Assembly: GCA_005882255.1 (NCBI GenBank)
Contig: VBEZ01000124.1
Location: forward strand, 69,953-133,952
Source: Chloroflexota bacterium
Lineage (GTDB): Bacteria; Chloroflexota; Limnocylindria; P2-11E
Length of the DNA: 64,000 nucleotides
Direction: 5' to 3'
Positions 16,644 through 25,586 of this stretch are shown here, piece by piece. The notes below the pieces were generated by a model, which saw only the letters and a program-made list of their open reading frames with translations, was not told the DNA's origin and searched no databases. The first letter of the stretch is position 1; each line of letters starts with the position of its first letter. The position numbers were made by a program, and so were the translations under genes.

Positions 16644-17009
16644 ATGCCAGTGGCACAGCTCACCGAAACAGGACGTAAGCACATCGCGTCGAAGAACTTC
16701 GCGTACATCGACAAAGCAGGTGGCGAGCACCTACCCATCCACGACGAGGAACACGTCCGCAACGCGATCGCGCGCTTCAACCAGACCGCGTTCGAGAGCG
16801 TCGCGGCCAAGGAGAAGGCGCGGCGCAAGGTGCTCGCGGCGGCGAAGCGCGATGGGATCGATGTCGCGAAGGACGATGCGATCGCGAGGCGCGCCGGACC
16901 GCTGAAGCGCGTGCGGACCAAGCGCGGGATGCGCGGTGGTAAGAAGGTGGTCAGCTCGAAGAGGTCGACATCCGCCCGCAAGAAGACGGCGGTCCGCCGC
17001 AAGAGATAA
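16644..17009 (+). CDS. Hypothetical protein with a conserved N-terminal domain and an Arg/Lys-rich C-terminal tail
   Basis: Motif LPIHDEEHVRNAIARFNQTAFES followed by the basic tail KRVRTKRGMRGGKKVVSSKRSTSARKKTAVRRKR. Confidence 0.5.
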   Translation: MPVAQLTETGRKHIASKNFAYIDKAGGEHLPIHDEEHVRNAIARFNQTAFESVAAKEKARRKVLAAAKRDGIDVAKDDAIARRAGPLKRVRTKRGMRGGKKVVSSKRSTSARKKTAVRRKR

Positions 17010-17048
17010 CGGAGCGTGCTTCGGTGACGCGCGCGATGATGTCGCGCG

Positions 17049-18485
17049 GTGACCGGTCTCGAAGCGCCTGACTACTGGCTCGCGCGTCTCGTCTTCCAAC
17101 GCGCGCTCGCCGGCATCTACGTCATCGCGTTCCTGGTCGCCGCGCGTCAGTTCGCGCCGCTCCTCGGCGCGCGCGGCCTCCTGCCGGTACCGGCATACGT
17201 GCGGGCGGTCCCATTCCGGCGCGCGCCGAGCCTGTTTCACTTTCGCTACTCCGACCGTCTCTTCGCCGCCGTCGCGTGGAGCGGCGTGGCGCTTGCGGCG
17301 GTGGCGCTCGTCGGGCTGCCGGACGCGTGGCCGCTCCCGCTCACGATGCTGCTGTGGGCGGTGCTGTGGGCTTTCTACCTCTCGATCGTCAACGTCGGGC
17401 AGACCTTCTATTCGTTCGGTTGGGAGACGCTGCTGCTCGAGACCGGATTCCTCGCGATCTTTCTGGGCCCGGCGTGGACCACGCCGCCCCTCGCGCTCAT
17501 CTGGCTGGTCCGCTGGCTCGTCTTCCGCGTCGAGTTCGGCGCGGGCCTGATCAAGATCCGCGGCGACCGGTGCTGGCGCGACCTCACCTGTCTCTACTAC
17601 CACCACGAGACGCAACCCATGCCGAACCCGCTGTCCTGGTACTTCCACCATCTTCCGAAGCGGCTGCATCGCGTCGAGGTCCTGGGCAACCACTTCGCGC
17701 AGCTCGTCGTTCCATTCTTCCTGTTCTTCCCGCAGCCGATCGCCGGCGTCGCGGGCCTCGTGATCCTCGCGACGCAGAGCTGGCTGATCCTCAGCGGCAA
17801 CTTCTCATGGCTGAACGTCCTCACGATGACGCTGGCGGTGGCGAGCCTGGACGACGCCGCGCTCGGGCGGATCCTGCCGATCGCGCGACCGGAGCTCAGC
17901 GCCGAGCCGTGGCACCAGTGGCTCGTCGTCGGCGTGACGATCGTCATCGTCCTCCTCAGCTACCGGCCGGCGCGCAACCTTCTCTCGCGACACCAGCTCA
18001 TGAACACCAGCTTCGATCCGCTCCATCTGGTGAACACCTACGGGGCCTTCGGCTCGATCACCAAGGAGCGGTACGAGGTCGTCATCGAGGGAACGGATGA
18101 GCCGGTGCTCACGCCGAGCACGGCGTGGCGCGAGTACGAGTTCAAAGCGAAGCCGGGCGACGTGCGGCGGCGGCCACCGCAGTACGCGCCGTACCACCTG
18201 CGACTCGACTGGCTCATGTGGTTCGCGGCGATGTCCTCGCCGATGTACCACGAATGGTTCGTTCCCCTGGTGGTGAAGCTCCTCGAGGCGGACCCGCCGA
18301 CGCTGCGTCTCCTCCGAAGGGACCCGTTCGCGGGCGCGCGGCCGCGCTTTGTTCGCGCCACGCTCTACCTGTATCGCTTCACGACGCCTCGCGAGCGGCG
18401 CGAGTCGCACGCCTGGTGGGTGCGCTCGCGCGTCGACGAGTATCTGCAGCCCGTAGCGCTGCGTGCGGCTCGAGCAGCCGCTTGA
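17049..18485 (+). CDS. Lipase maturation factor (LMF1-like) family membrane protein
   Basis: Polytopic N-terminal region, conserved HHETQPMPNPLSWYFHHLP, and a C-terminal YHLRLDWLMWFAAM block typical of the LMF family. Confidence 0.6.
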   Translation: MTGLEAPDYWLARLVFQRALAGIYVIAFLVAARQFAPLLGARGLLPVPAYVRAVPFRRAPSLFHFRYSDRLFAAVAWSGVALAAVALVGLPDAWPLPLTMLLWAVLWAFYLSIVNVGQTFYSFGWETLLLETGFLAIFLGPAWTTPPLALIWLVRWLVFRVEFGAGLIKIRGDRCWRDLTCLYYHHETQPMPNPLSWYFHHLPKRLHRVEVLGNHFAQLVVPFFLFFPQPIAGVAGLVILATQSWLILSGNFSWLNVLTMTLAVASLDDAALGRILPIARPELSAEPWHQWLVVGVTIVIVLLSYRPARNLLSRHQLMNTSFDPLHLVNTYGAFGSITKERYEVVIEGTDEPVLTPSTAWREYEFKAKPGDVRRRPPQYAPYHLRLDWLMWFAAMSSPMYHEWFVPLVVKLLEADPPTLRLLRRDPFAGARPRFVRATLYLYRFTTPRERRESHAWWVRSRVDEYLQPVALRAARAAA

Positions 18486-18504
18486 CTTAACCGGCGCGCG
18501 CGGG

Positions 18505-18522
18505 CACGGATACGGATCCGTG
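18505..18522. terminator. Palindromic hairpin between convergent genes; possible bidirectional terminator
   Basis: CACGGAT-ACGG-ATCCGTG, a 7-bp stem, between the LMF stop and the hydrolase stop. Confidence 0.35.
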
Positions 18523-18523
18523 G

Positions 18524-19370
18524 TCAGGGCTTGACGAGCGACCTTTCGAGCCACGCGATCGTGTCGCCGATGACCGCGTCCGCCTCGGGCTCGTTGTGCA
18601 TCTCGTGACGCAGTCGCGGATACACGCGGCGCGTCACGTTCTCGCGTCGGGCGAGCGAAGCGCTGGACGAGACCGGCACGACCGGGTCGTCACCGCCGTG
18701 CAGCACGTAGGTCGGGATCGGGAGTGCGTCGGTCCGGGTCAAGCGCGACTGGACGCGCGCCTGCTCGCGGAAAAGCTCCATGCCGAGGCGCGTCGTCGTT
18801 CGGTGCACATTGAGTGGATCGGAGCGATACGCGAGCTCGATCTGCGGGTCGTGCGAGAGCCCACCGGGCGGCAGGCGGTTGGCGATCTCCAGACGCGGTA
18901 GAGCGCGGCCGAGCACAGCCGCGAGGGGCCGTCTCCAGCCCCCGGCCGACGCGATCGCCGGCGCCGATAGAACGAGAAGATCGGGATCCGGACGCCGCGG
19001 ATCCGCGAGCACATAGCCGAGCGCGATGAGCCCACCCATGGAGTGGCCGTAGAGAACGACCGGCTGGCCGCCGGCCTCGCTGCGGAGCGCGGTCAGCCGA
19101 TCTTCGACGTCGTCGTGATACCGCGACCAGCGGTCGACGTACGCGCGGGGACCTTCAGATGCGCCGAAGCCGCGCAGGTCGAACGCGTACGTCTCGATCC
19201 CGGCCGACGCAAGCCGCGAAGCGACGTGCCCATGGCGCCCGGCGTGCTCGGCGATCCCATGTATGAGAAGGAGATACGCGCGCGCGACGCCGGCCGCTGG
19301 CCATCGCAGCGTGCGCAGCTGGAGGCCGTCGCGCGTGCGAGCGGTCCCGAGGAGGACGCTAACGGCCGCG
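18524..19370 (-). CDS. Alpha/beta hydrolase (lysophospholipase/monoacylglycerol lipase-like); no canonical start codon found near the expected N-terminus
   Basis: HG oxyanion motif LLIHG, nucleophile elbow GHSMGG, and C-terminal Asp/His. In frame, the only start is 209 nt inside the upstream gene, so the true start is unresolved. Confidence 0.7.
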
Positions 19371-20303
19371 CTCGTACCAATCCAACACGCGCATCGCGCG
19401 CAGGGTGTTCCAGTGGCTGGGCCGGCCTTCGCGCTCGTCCAGGCCGAACTCGAGATCGCGCAGACGGGCGTCGACCATCTCGCTCCGGTGTGGGTTCTCG
19501 AGCGGCACTCGGCCGTCGACGTCGCGCTTGGAGCGGACCAGCTCGATGGCCTCCGCCACGCGCGCATCAGGCGTCACACCCGCTGCGCGCAGGTACTCGA
19601 GCCCGCGCAGCGCGTCGTAGTGCCAGCCGGTCGGGAACGAGAACAGCGTGAAGGCCGTATCGATCAGCTCGCCGTTCGACAGCCGGCGCAGCATCCGGCG
19701 TTCGAGCAGATATTCCTGCCCACGCTCACGCGCCGCGGTCACCTCGGCCGAGCCGCCGGTCGCGCGCTCGTGCTCCAGCAGGCCCTCGAGGACATTGATC
19801 GTCGTGTGGAACGATCCGCGCGTCGAGCCGTTCTCCTGCTCGCAGTTCCACCCGCCATCGGCCATCTGCTCGCCGAGCAGCCGCTCGACGATGCCCGTCA
19901 CGTCCTGGCCGAAGTACGCGCCGACCGTCACGACGCGTCCGTTGATGCACGGCTCGACCTCGCCCGCGAACACCGGCCTGCCGTTCCAAGGGGCTCGTGG
20001 GTTGTGCCATGTCGCGTTGTCGCGGACGAGGGCGACCGCGTTCCGCGCCTGCTCGCTCGAAGCGTCGACGCCCATGTCGCGGAGCATCACCAGGGCGAGC
20101 AGCGTGATCCACTCCGTATCCGGCGTGCCTCTGTCCCACAGCCCATCCTCACGCCGCAGCGCCAAGAGGCGCGCGCCCCAGCCCGCTGTGGCAACGCGGG
20201 CCCGCTCCGCGGCGACCGCTTCGGCCGACGCATCGGTCAGGTCGCGCAGCGCCTGCCAGCGGACCGCCGGGTCGGCCGCGAGGAGCCACTCGAGCGCCTT
20301 CAT
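19359..20303 (-). CDS. Alpha/alpha-toroid prenyltransferase/terpene-cyclase-repeat protein
   Basis: QW-type repeats (EQMADGGWNCE; REDGLWDRG). The minus ORF looks real; the overlapping plus ORF 19263..20456 is an Arg-rich shadow. Confidence 0.55.
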   Translation of the reverse strand: MKALEWLLAADPAVRWQALRDLTDASAEAVAAERARVATAGWGARLLALRREDGLWDRGTPDTEWITLLALVMLRDMGVDASSEQARNAVALVRDNATWHNPRAPWNGRPVFAGEVEPCINGRVVTVGAYFGQDVTGIVERLLGEQMADGGWNCEQENGSTRGSFHTTINVLEGLLEHERATGGSAEVTAARERGQEYLLERRMLRRLSNGELIDTAFTLFSFPTGWHYDALRGLEYLRAAGVTPDARVAEAIELVRSKRDVDGRVPLENPHRSEMVDARLRDLEFGLDEREGRPSHWNTLRAMRVLDWYERGR

Positions 20304-20409
20304 GGGGCAGGTCCCCTTCCGTTGGTTCGGCGCACGCTAAAGGATGACGAGGCGCAACATCGTCGCCGTGCTGCGGGTGCAAGCACCCGCACACGACTCC
20401 TCGTTCCTG

Positions 20410-20760
20410 TGGAGATGGGGGAGGGTCGAACTCCCCGTCCAAGGCCGTTGAAGTGAGCGCTTCTACGAGCGTGGTCGGCGGTTTTTTTTCTCGGGAAGCC
20501 CAGCGCGCACCGACGCGCTCTCGGCTCCCCCAGACCGGAAATCTTGAGTCCGCCTACCGGCCGATCGGCGGACCGCACCTTCGCTTACGTCGCCCTTCCC
20601 GGCCCGCGAAGGGGAGACCGGGAGGACGCTCACTGACTAGGCAGCGAGTGCGTAGGAATTTGTGCCAGTTATCTGGCTGCCGTTCGGATTAACGAGGAGG
20701 AACGGCGTTCCTCGGCTCGCGACGCTCACGTCGCCTGCCCTGTCGAAACCACGCATCCCC
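20410..20760 (-). ncRNA. ssrA: tmRNA (SsrA); no genomically encoded 3' CCA
   Basis: Minus-strand 5' GGGGATGCGTGGTTTCGACAGGG pairs with the 3' CATCTCC acceptor. T-arm GGGGAGTTCGACCCTCCCC. The tag ORF ends ...AAT TCC TAC GCA CTC GCT GCC TAG (NSYALAA*). The ends were placed by hand, +/-2 nt. Confidence 0.85.
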
Positions 20761-20794
20761 GTGTGGCCTTCTTCAGGCACCATCAATTCTAACC

Positions 20795-21550
20795 TTGCTA
20801 CGTGCGTATCTCTTCCTCGCGATGCTGGTCGTCACGGCGTGCTCGGGCCCCCCGCCCCGCGCCGCGACCGCCGCGCCCGCGTCCCCGACCGCGTCCACAC
20901 TGGCGAGCGTGGCGCTGAGTCCGACCGCGACGCCGACGCCGTCGCCGACCGCACTGGTCCGCTACGTCGCGATCGGCGCGTCCGACACGGTCGGCGTCGG
21001 CGCGACCGACCCCGCGACCGGATCGTGGCCCGCGCGCATCGCGCAGCTCTTGCCGCCGGGCAGCGCGTTCGTGAACGTCGGCGTGTCGGGATCGATCGCG
21101 CTGCAGGCGCGCACCGCGCAGCTGCCCGGCGCGCTCGCGCAGCGGCCGACCGTGGTGTCGATCTGGCTGGCGGTGAACGACATGAACGCGACCATCGAAC
21201 CTGCCTCATTCGCGAGCGACCTCGGCGCGATCGTCGACGCGCTCGTTTCAGGCACCGAGGCGAAGATCTTCGTCGGCAACGTCCCCGATCTCCGGCCCGT
21301 TCCGGCGTACAAGGACGCCGACAAGGCGGCGCTGTTCAAGCTCATCGGCGCATACAACGCGGCGATCGCGGCCATCACCACGAAATATCCGGGCCGGGTC
21401 TTCGCGGTCGATCTCTTCACCGGCAGCGCCGAGCTGGTGAGCACGATCACCGTTTCCGGGGATGGCTTCCATCCCTCCGACGCGGGCTATCAGCTCATCG
21501 CGGACCGCTTCGCCGCCGCGATGCGCAGCGGAGGCGTACCGCTCCGCTAG
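20795..21550 (+). CDS. SGNH/GDSL hydrolase lipoprotein
   Basis: Lipobox VVTAC, Pro/Thr-rich linker, GDS-like block AIGASDTVGVGA, and a C-terminal DGFHP. Confidence 0.7.
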   Translation: MLRAYLFLAMLVVTACSGPPPRAATAAPASPTASTLASVALSPTATPTPSPTALVRYVAIGASDTVGVGATDPATGSWPARIAQLLPPGSAFVNVGVSGSIALQARTAQLPGALAQRPTVVSIWLAVNDMNATIEPASFASDLGAIVDALVSGTEAKIFVGNVPDLRPVPAYKDADKAALFKLIGAYNAAIAAITTKYPGRVFAVDLFTGSAELVSTITVSGDGFHPSDAGYQLIADRFAAAMRSGGVPLR

Positions 21551-22758
21551 GCCTCGGCGGCGACGACCTCGACGGCGCGCGGCGACGGCGCGCGCACGAG
21601 CTGGGCGAGCACCAGCGCGCCGGTCGTCATGAGCAGCGTCCCGAGCACGAGCACGACCTGGGGCTGGACCAGGTTCAGCAGCGCCGCCGCGACGAACGGC
21701 GCGGCGGTGCCGCGCACGCCCAGCAAGAACGCGTTCGCCGCCGCGTACTCGCCGATGCGCGCGCGCGGCGCCATGTGCACGATGTTCGTGAACGCCGTCA
21801 GCTCGCCGCTCGACACGCCGACGCCGATGAGCACGGCGACCGGCAGCAGCGCCCAGGTACCGGGCGCCACCAGGTAGCCGATGGGGACGAGGATCGTGAG
21901 CAGCGTCGCGATCAGCGTCTGCCGCAGCGTCGAGCCGCGATCGATGAGCCGGCCGAAGACCGGATACCCCACGATCTGCGTCGCGGACTGCACGATCGCG
22001 AGCGTAGCAACGAAGGCGTTCGACGCGTCGAAGTGGTCCACCAGCATGATCGGGAAGACCGCGAAGTTCATGAGGTTCCCGGTGCCGAAGATCGAGAACG
22101 CCAGCAGCAGCTTGCGGTAACGCCGGTCCGCCCAGATGCCGCGCGCGATGTCGAGCGCCGGGCGGCGCGCGGGCGGCGCGGCGGGCCCGTCATAGCGGAT
22201 CGCGAAGAACGCGAGAGCACAGGGAAGCCCGACGAGCGCCGCGGCGGCGAAAACCCACTGCGCCGGCACGACGCCGATGAAGCTGCCGGCAAGCGCCGCC
22301 GCACCGATCCCGGCGACCGAGGCCCCGACGCGCACGTTACCCATCGCGGAGGCGCGCTCGCGATCCGGATAGATCCCCTGCATCAGCGCCGTGTACGCGG
22401 CGATGTTCGAGACGGTGATGATCCAGAACGCGACGCTGGTGAGCGCGAGCATGAACGGCGTCGCGGCCAGGAGAACCGCGATCAGGAACACCAGGCGCGA
22501 CAGGCTGGCCGCGCCCGCGACGACACGCACGAGCGGTAGATGAGCGAGCAGGTACGCCGAGACCGGCGAGAGCAGGTTCCCGATGAACGGTGCCGCGACC
22601 ACGATCGCGACATCGGTGGTCGACCCGCCCATCCGTCTGACCACCACCGGCATGAACGCGATGAGGACCGAGACGAACGCGCCGGCGCCGAGGGCGCTGA
22701 AGAGATCGATCCGGAAATTGCGACGGACGCGTGAGGGTAGCCAGTTCGGGTCGGTCAC
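21547..22758 (-). CDS. MFS transporter
   Basis: Twelve TMS; typical MFS loop 2-3. Confidence 0.75.
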   Translation of the reverse strand: MTDPNWLPSRVRRNFRIDLFSALGAGAFVSVLIAFMPVVVRRMGGSTTDVAIVVAAPFIGNLLSPVSAYLLAHLPLVRVVAGAASLSRLVFLIAVLLAATPFMLALTSVAFWIITVSNIAAYTALMQGIYPDRERASAMGNVRVGASVAGIGAAALAGSFIGVVPAQWVFAAAALVGLPCALAFFAIRYDGPAAPPARRPALDIARGIWADRRYRKLLLAFSIFGTGNLMNFAVFPIMLVDHFDASNAFVATLAIVQSATQIVGYPVFGRLIDRGSTLRQTLIATLLTILVPIGYLVAPGTWALLPVAVLIGVGVSSGELTAFTNIVHMAPRARIGEYAAANAFLLGVRGTAAPFVAAALLNLVQPQVVLVLGTLLMTTGALVLAQLVRAPSPRAVEVVAAEA

Positions 22759-22807
22759 GGTACGGAAGCTAACGGCCGCTGCTGCGCTCTGTCACCGCCC
22801 CACGGGA

Positions 22808-23707
22808 CTAGGGGCCACGTTCGGGACGAGGTCGATAGCCGCCGCCCGGACGCGGTCCGTAACCGCGTCGCGGACCGTAGCCCCCGCCGCCCGGGCCGGT
22901 CGGCCTCGGCCGGAAGCCACTCCCGCCCGGCCCGCTCTCGCGGAACGGGCCGCGGGCGCCCGGCGCCGTCGAGCTGATCACCACGCGGCGGTTCGGCTCC
23001 ATGCCGACGGACTCGGTCTTCAGACCCTGCTGTCCTTGCACCGACAGGTGCACGATGCGCCGCTCATAGGCGAGCATCGGCTCGAGCGTGACGGCCTGCC
23101 CGCTCGCGCGCACCCGCGATCCAACGCGCTGCGCGATCTCGCGGAGCTGGTCCTCCCGGCGACGTCGATAGCCTTCGATGTCGATCGGGACGTGAACGGA
23201 GCGGCCGACTCGCTTCGACGTGATCGCGCTCACGATCTGCTGCAGCGCGACGAGGTTCTCGCCGCCGCGCCCGATGAGCGCGCCGAGATCGGTGCCCAGC
23301 ACGTCGACGCCCTCCAGCCCCGGGCGATCCTCGAGCGTCACCTCGGCCTCGACGCCCATCGCGCCCAGCAGTTCGCGCAGCACGGTCGCGCCCAGCGCGA
23401 GCTCCTCCGCGAATGCGGGTGATGCTTCATCGCTGTCTTCCTCGCGCAGGCCCCGCGCCGAGTCGGCGTGCCGCGGGACCTCGGCCTCGTCGATCACGGC
23501 ATCGGGCTCCGCCGGGCGCTCGTCCTCTTGGAACGACAAGAGGACGCGCGCGTCCTCGCCACCCATACCCAAGACGTTCGCGGGCTTGCCCTTCTCCAGG
23601 ATCTCGATGTCGACCTCGGTGCGCTTGCGACCGAGTGACCGCAGCCCGCGCTCGATCGCTTCTTCGACCGTACGACCAGTGAACTCCTCCCCACGCAGTG
23701 GGCTCAT
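22808..23707 (-). CDS. jag: Jag/KhpB RNA-binding protein (Jag_N, KH and R3H domains) with a Gly/Arg/Pro-rich tail
   Basis: The real start is MSPLRGEEFTGRTVEEAIERGL. The 645-aa ORF-track extension upstream is a shadow of yidC. ATGA overlap with the yidC stop. Confidence 0.85.
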   Translation of the reverse strand: MSPLRGEEFTGRTVEEAIERGLRSLGRKRTEVDIEILEKGKPANVLGMGGEDARVLLSFQEDERPAEPDAVIDEAEVPRHADSARGLREEDSDEASPAFAEELALGATVLRELLGAMGVEAEVTLEDRPGLEGVDVLGTDLGALIGRGGENLVALQQIVSAITSKRVGRSVHVPIDIEGYRRRREDQLREIAQRVGSRVRASGQAVTLEPMLAYERRIVHLSVQGQQGLKTESVGMEPNRRVVISSTAPGARGPFRESGPGGSGFRPRPTGPGGGGYGPRRGYGPRPGGGYRPRPERGP

Positions 23708-24675
23708 CGCTTCCCCCTCCTCCGTCCGCGGCGGCGACCGCCATTCGAGGCGCCGGACGCCGTCGGTGCCGGCTCGCGGTCGTCCGCGTCTTCCTTGTCT
23801 TTGTCCTTCATATCCTTCCGCGCCTCGGCGATCGCGGCCTGCTCGCGGCGATGCAGCTCGCGGTCCGCGGGCGTCGGGATCCCACGCAGGAATGGCAGGT
23901 ACTTCGGCAGCTGTCCCCAGCCGCTCACGAAGTACTGCTGCACGATCTGGAACATCGTCGTGGTGATCCAGTAGAGCGTCAGGCCGGCGGGGAACCGCGC
24001 GCCGATGACCACGGTGATGAGCGGGAAGGTGTACGCCATCGACTGGGTCATGCGCTGCGCCGTGTCCCCGCTCTGGACCTGTTTGACCGGCATCGCCATC
24101 ACCGAGGCGATCAGCTGCACCGCGCCGGCCAGCACCGGCAGGATGAAGAATGGATCGGGGTGCTGCAGGCCCTCGGTGATCCACGGCAGCCAGTGCGCGG
24201 TCGTCTCGAGCGACCCGTCGGGCGGGATCGGATTGGAGATGAACGCGTAACGGAAGCTTTCGACCATGTCGTGCGTCAGGCCAGGACACAGATTGCCCGG
24301 GGGAGGGCCGAGCCCGCAACCGAGCTGCAGCAACGAGTTGTAGAGCGCGATAAGAAGTGGCATCTGCAGGACCAATGGCAAGCATCCGGCCGCCGGGTTC
24401 ACGCCACGCTCGCTGTAGAGCTTCATCTGCTCCTGGCTGAAGCGCTGGCGATCTTTGCCGTACTTCTTCTTGAGCTCCTCCATCGCCGGCGCGACCTCTT
24501 GCATCGCCCGCTGCGAACGGATCTGCGTAACGTAGAGCGGATAGAGCGCGAGCCGGATGGTGATCGTGACCAGCACGATCGCGAGGCCGAAGTCGTGGAT
24601 GATCGAATACGCGAAGAGGGTCACGTTCATGACCGGATGGACCAGAAGCGTGTTCCAGAGCGTCAGGATGTCCAT
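23704..24675 (-). CDS. yidC: Membrane protein insertase YidC (short Gram-positive type)
   Basis: YidC core motifs LALYPLYVTQIRSQRAMQEVAPAMEELKKKYGKDRQRFSQEQMKLY...GCLPLVLQMP. Confidence 0.9.
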   Translation of the reverse strand: MDILTLWNTLLVHPVMNVTLFAYSIIHDFGLAIVLVTITIRLALYPLYVTQIRSQRAMQEVAPAMEELKKKYGKDRQRFSQEQMKLYSERGVNPAAGCLPLVLQMPLLIALYNSLLQLGCGLGPPPGNLCPGLTHDMVESFRYAFISNPIPPDGSLETTAHWLPWITEGLQHPDPFFILPVLAGAVQLIASVMAMPVKQVQSGDTAQRMTQSMAYTFPLITVVIGARFPAGLTLYWITTTMFQIVQQYFVSGWGQLPKYLPFLRGIPTPADRELHRREQAAIAEARKDMKDKDKEDADDREPAPTASGASNGGRRRGRRRGKR

Positions 24676-24890
24676 CAGTGCTCCGGCACCGGGTCATAGC
24701 CCCCGTGGCTGAACGGATTACACGAGACCACTCGACGCGTGGCAAGCCAACCGCCCCGCAGAACGCCGTGCTTCTCGATCGCCTCCATCGCGTACTCGGA
24801 ACACGTGGGTGTGTAGCGGCAGGCGGGCGGTAGGAACGGGCTGACGCGGGTCTTGTAGAAGCGCAGCGCGGCCAGCACCACGGTCTTCAT
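24675..24890 (-). CDS. yidD: Membrane protein insertion efficiency factor YidD
   Basis: [38 protein letters not shown]... The ORF-track N-terminal extension is rejected. Confidence 0.85.
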   Translation of the reverse strand: MKTVVLAALRFYKTRVSPFLPPACRYTPTCSEYAMEAIEKHGVLRGGWLATRRVVSCNPFSHGGYDPVPEH

Positions 24891-25228
24891 CGGGATGACT
24901 GGCGAGTGCCGCCGATGGCCGCCTCGGCCGCGGCCCGCAGTGCCGAAAAATCGGCGGCGATGGCATCTCGGCGCACCGTCACGACGATGTCCAGCGCGGG
25001 CGTGGGCTCGATGGCGGCGCACGCCTGGCGGAAAGCCTCGCGCACGCGACGCCGCGCGCGATTGCGGATCGTCGAGATGCCGACCGTGCGCGGCGCCGAC
25101 ACCGCGAGGCGCATCACGCTCAGGTCGTTGGGTCGAATTCGGGCGGTGAAAGCGACATCGCGCACGCCGCGCCCGATCTTTCGCACGGCCGCGATATCAG
25201 TGGATCGCCGCAAACGCGCGGCGTTCAT
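24887..25228 (-). CDS. rnpA: RNase P protein component RnpA
   Basis: RnpA fold motifs ([33 protein letters not shown]). Confidence 0.85.
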   Translation of the reverse strand: MNAARLRRSTDIAAVRKIGRGVRDVAFTARIRPNDLSVMRLAVSAPRTVGISTIRNRARRRVREAFRQACAAIEPTPALDIVVTVRRDAIAADFSALRAAAEAAIGGTRQSSR

Positions 25229-25242
25229 GCCTGCGAGGTCGT

Positions 25243-25380
25243 TCAGGCGACGGTCAGTCGCTTCCGTCCACGCGCGCGACGTTGTGCCAACACCTTGCGG
25301 CCGCCCGTCGTCTTCATCCGCGCGCGAAAACCATGCACGCGCGCGCGGCGACGCGTCTTCGGCTGATACGTGCGCTTCAC
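25243..25380 (-). CDS. rpmH: 50S ribosomal protein L34
   Basis: Manual translation gives (V)[46 protein letters not shown] start. Missed by the ORF track because it is under 60 aa. Confidence 0.85.
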   Translation of the reverse strand: MKRTYQPKTRRRARVHGFRARMKTTGGRKVLAQRRARGRKRLTVA

Positions 25381-25586
25381 GAACTGTCCCTTCTCCCCGA
25401 AAAAAATGGACGATGAATGAGCAGTGGATCGTCTATCTGTGCGAGAAAGTCTATCAGTGCGACTGTGCTACTGTTCCGTGGCTTCCAGCGGGCGGATCTT
25501 CTTCGTCTTCGCGTCGGTGTGGCGGCATCTCGCGTGATCGTGTTGTGGGGAGCGTCGTTGTGGTCGAGCGCAGAGAAGGGGAGCCG

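Noticed and set aside
20474-20492. T9 run (GGCGGTTTTTTTTTCTCGGG) as a possible terminator.
   Set aside because: It lies inside the tmRNA gene as a poly-A stretch on the transcribed strand, not as an independent terminator.
22808-24745. A 645-aa ORF spanning jag and yidC.
   Set aside because: Its N-terminal 346 aa is a shadow of yidC in another frame. Jag starts at the ATG at 23707, with an ATGA overlap to the yidC stop.
24906-25586. Long N-terminal extension of dnaA suggested by the ORF track (686 aa).
   Set aside because: It would overlap rnpA and rpmH on the opposite strand. The DnaA N-terminal domain begins at LNLKQLW, with a good RBS at 25587.
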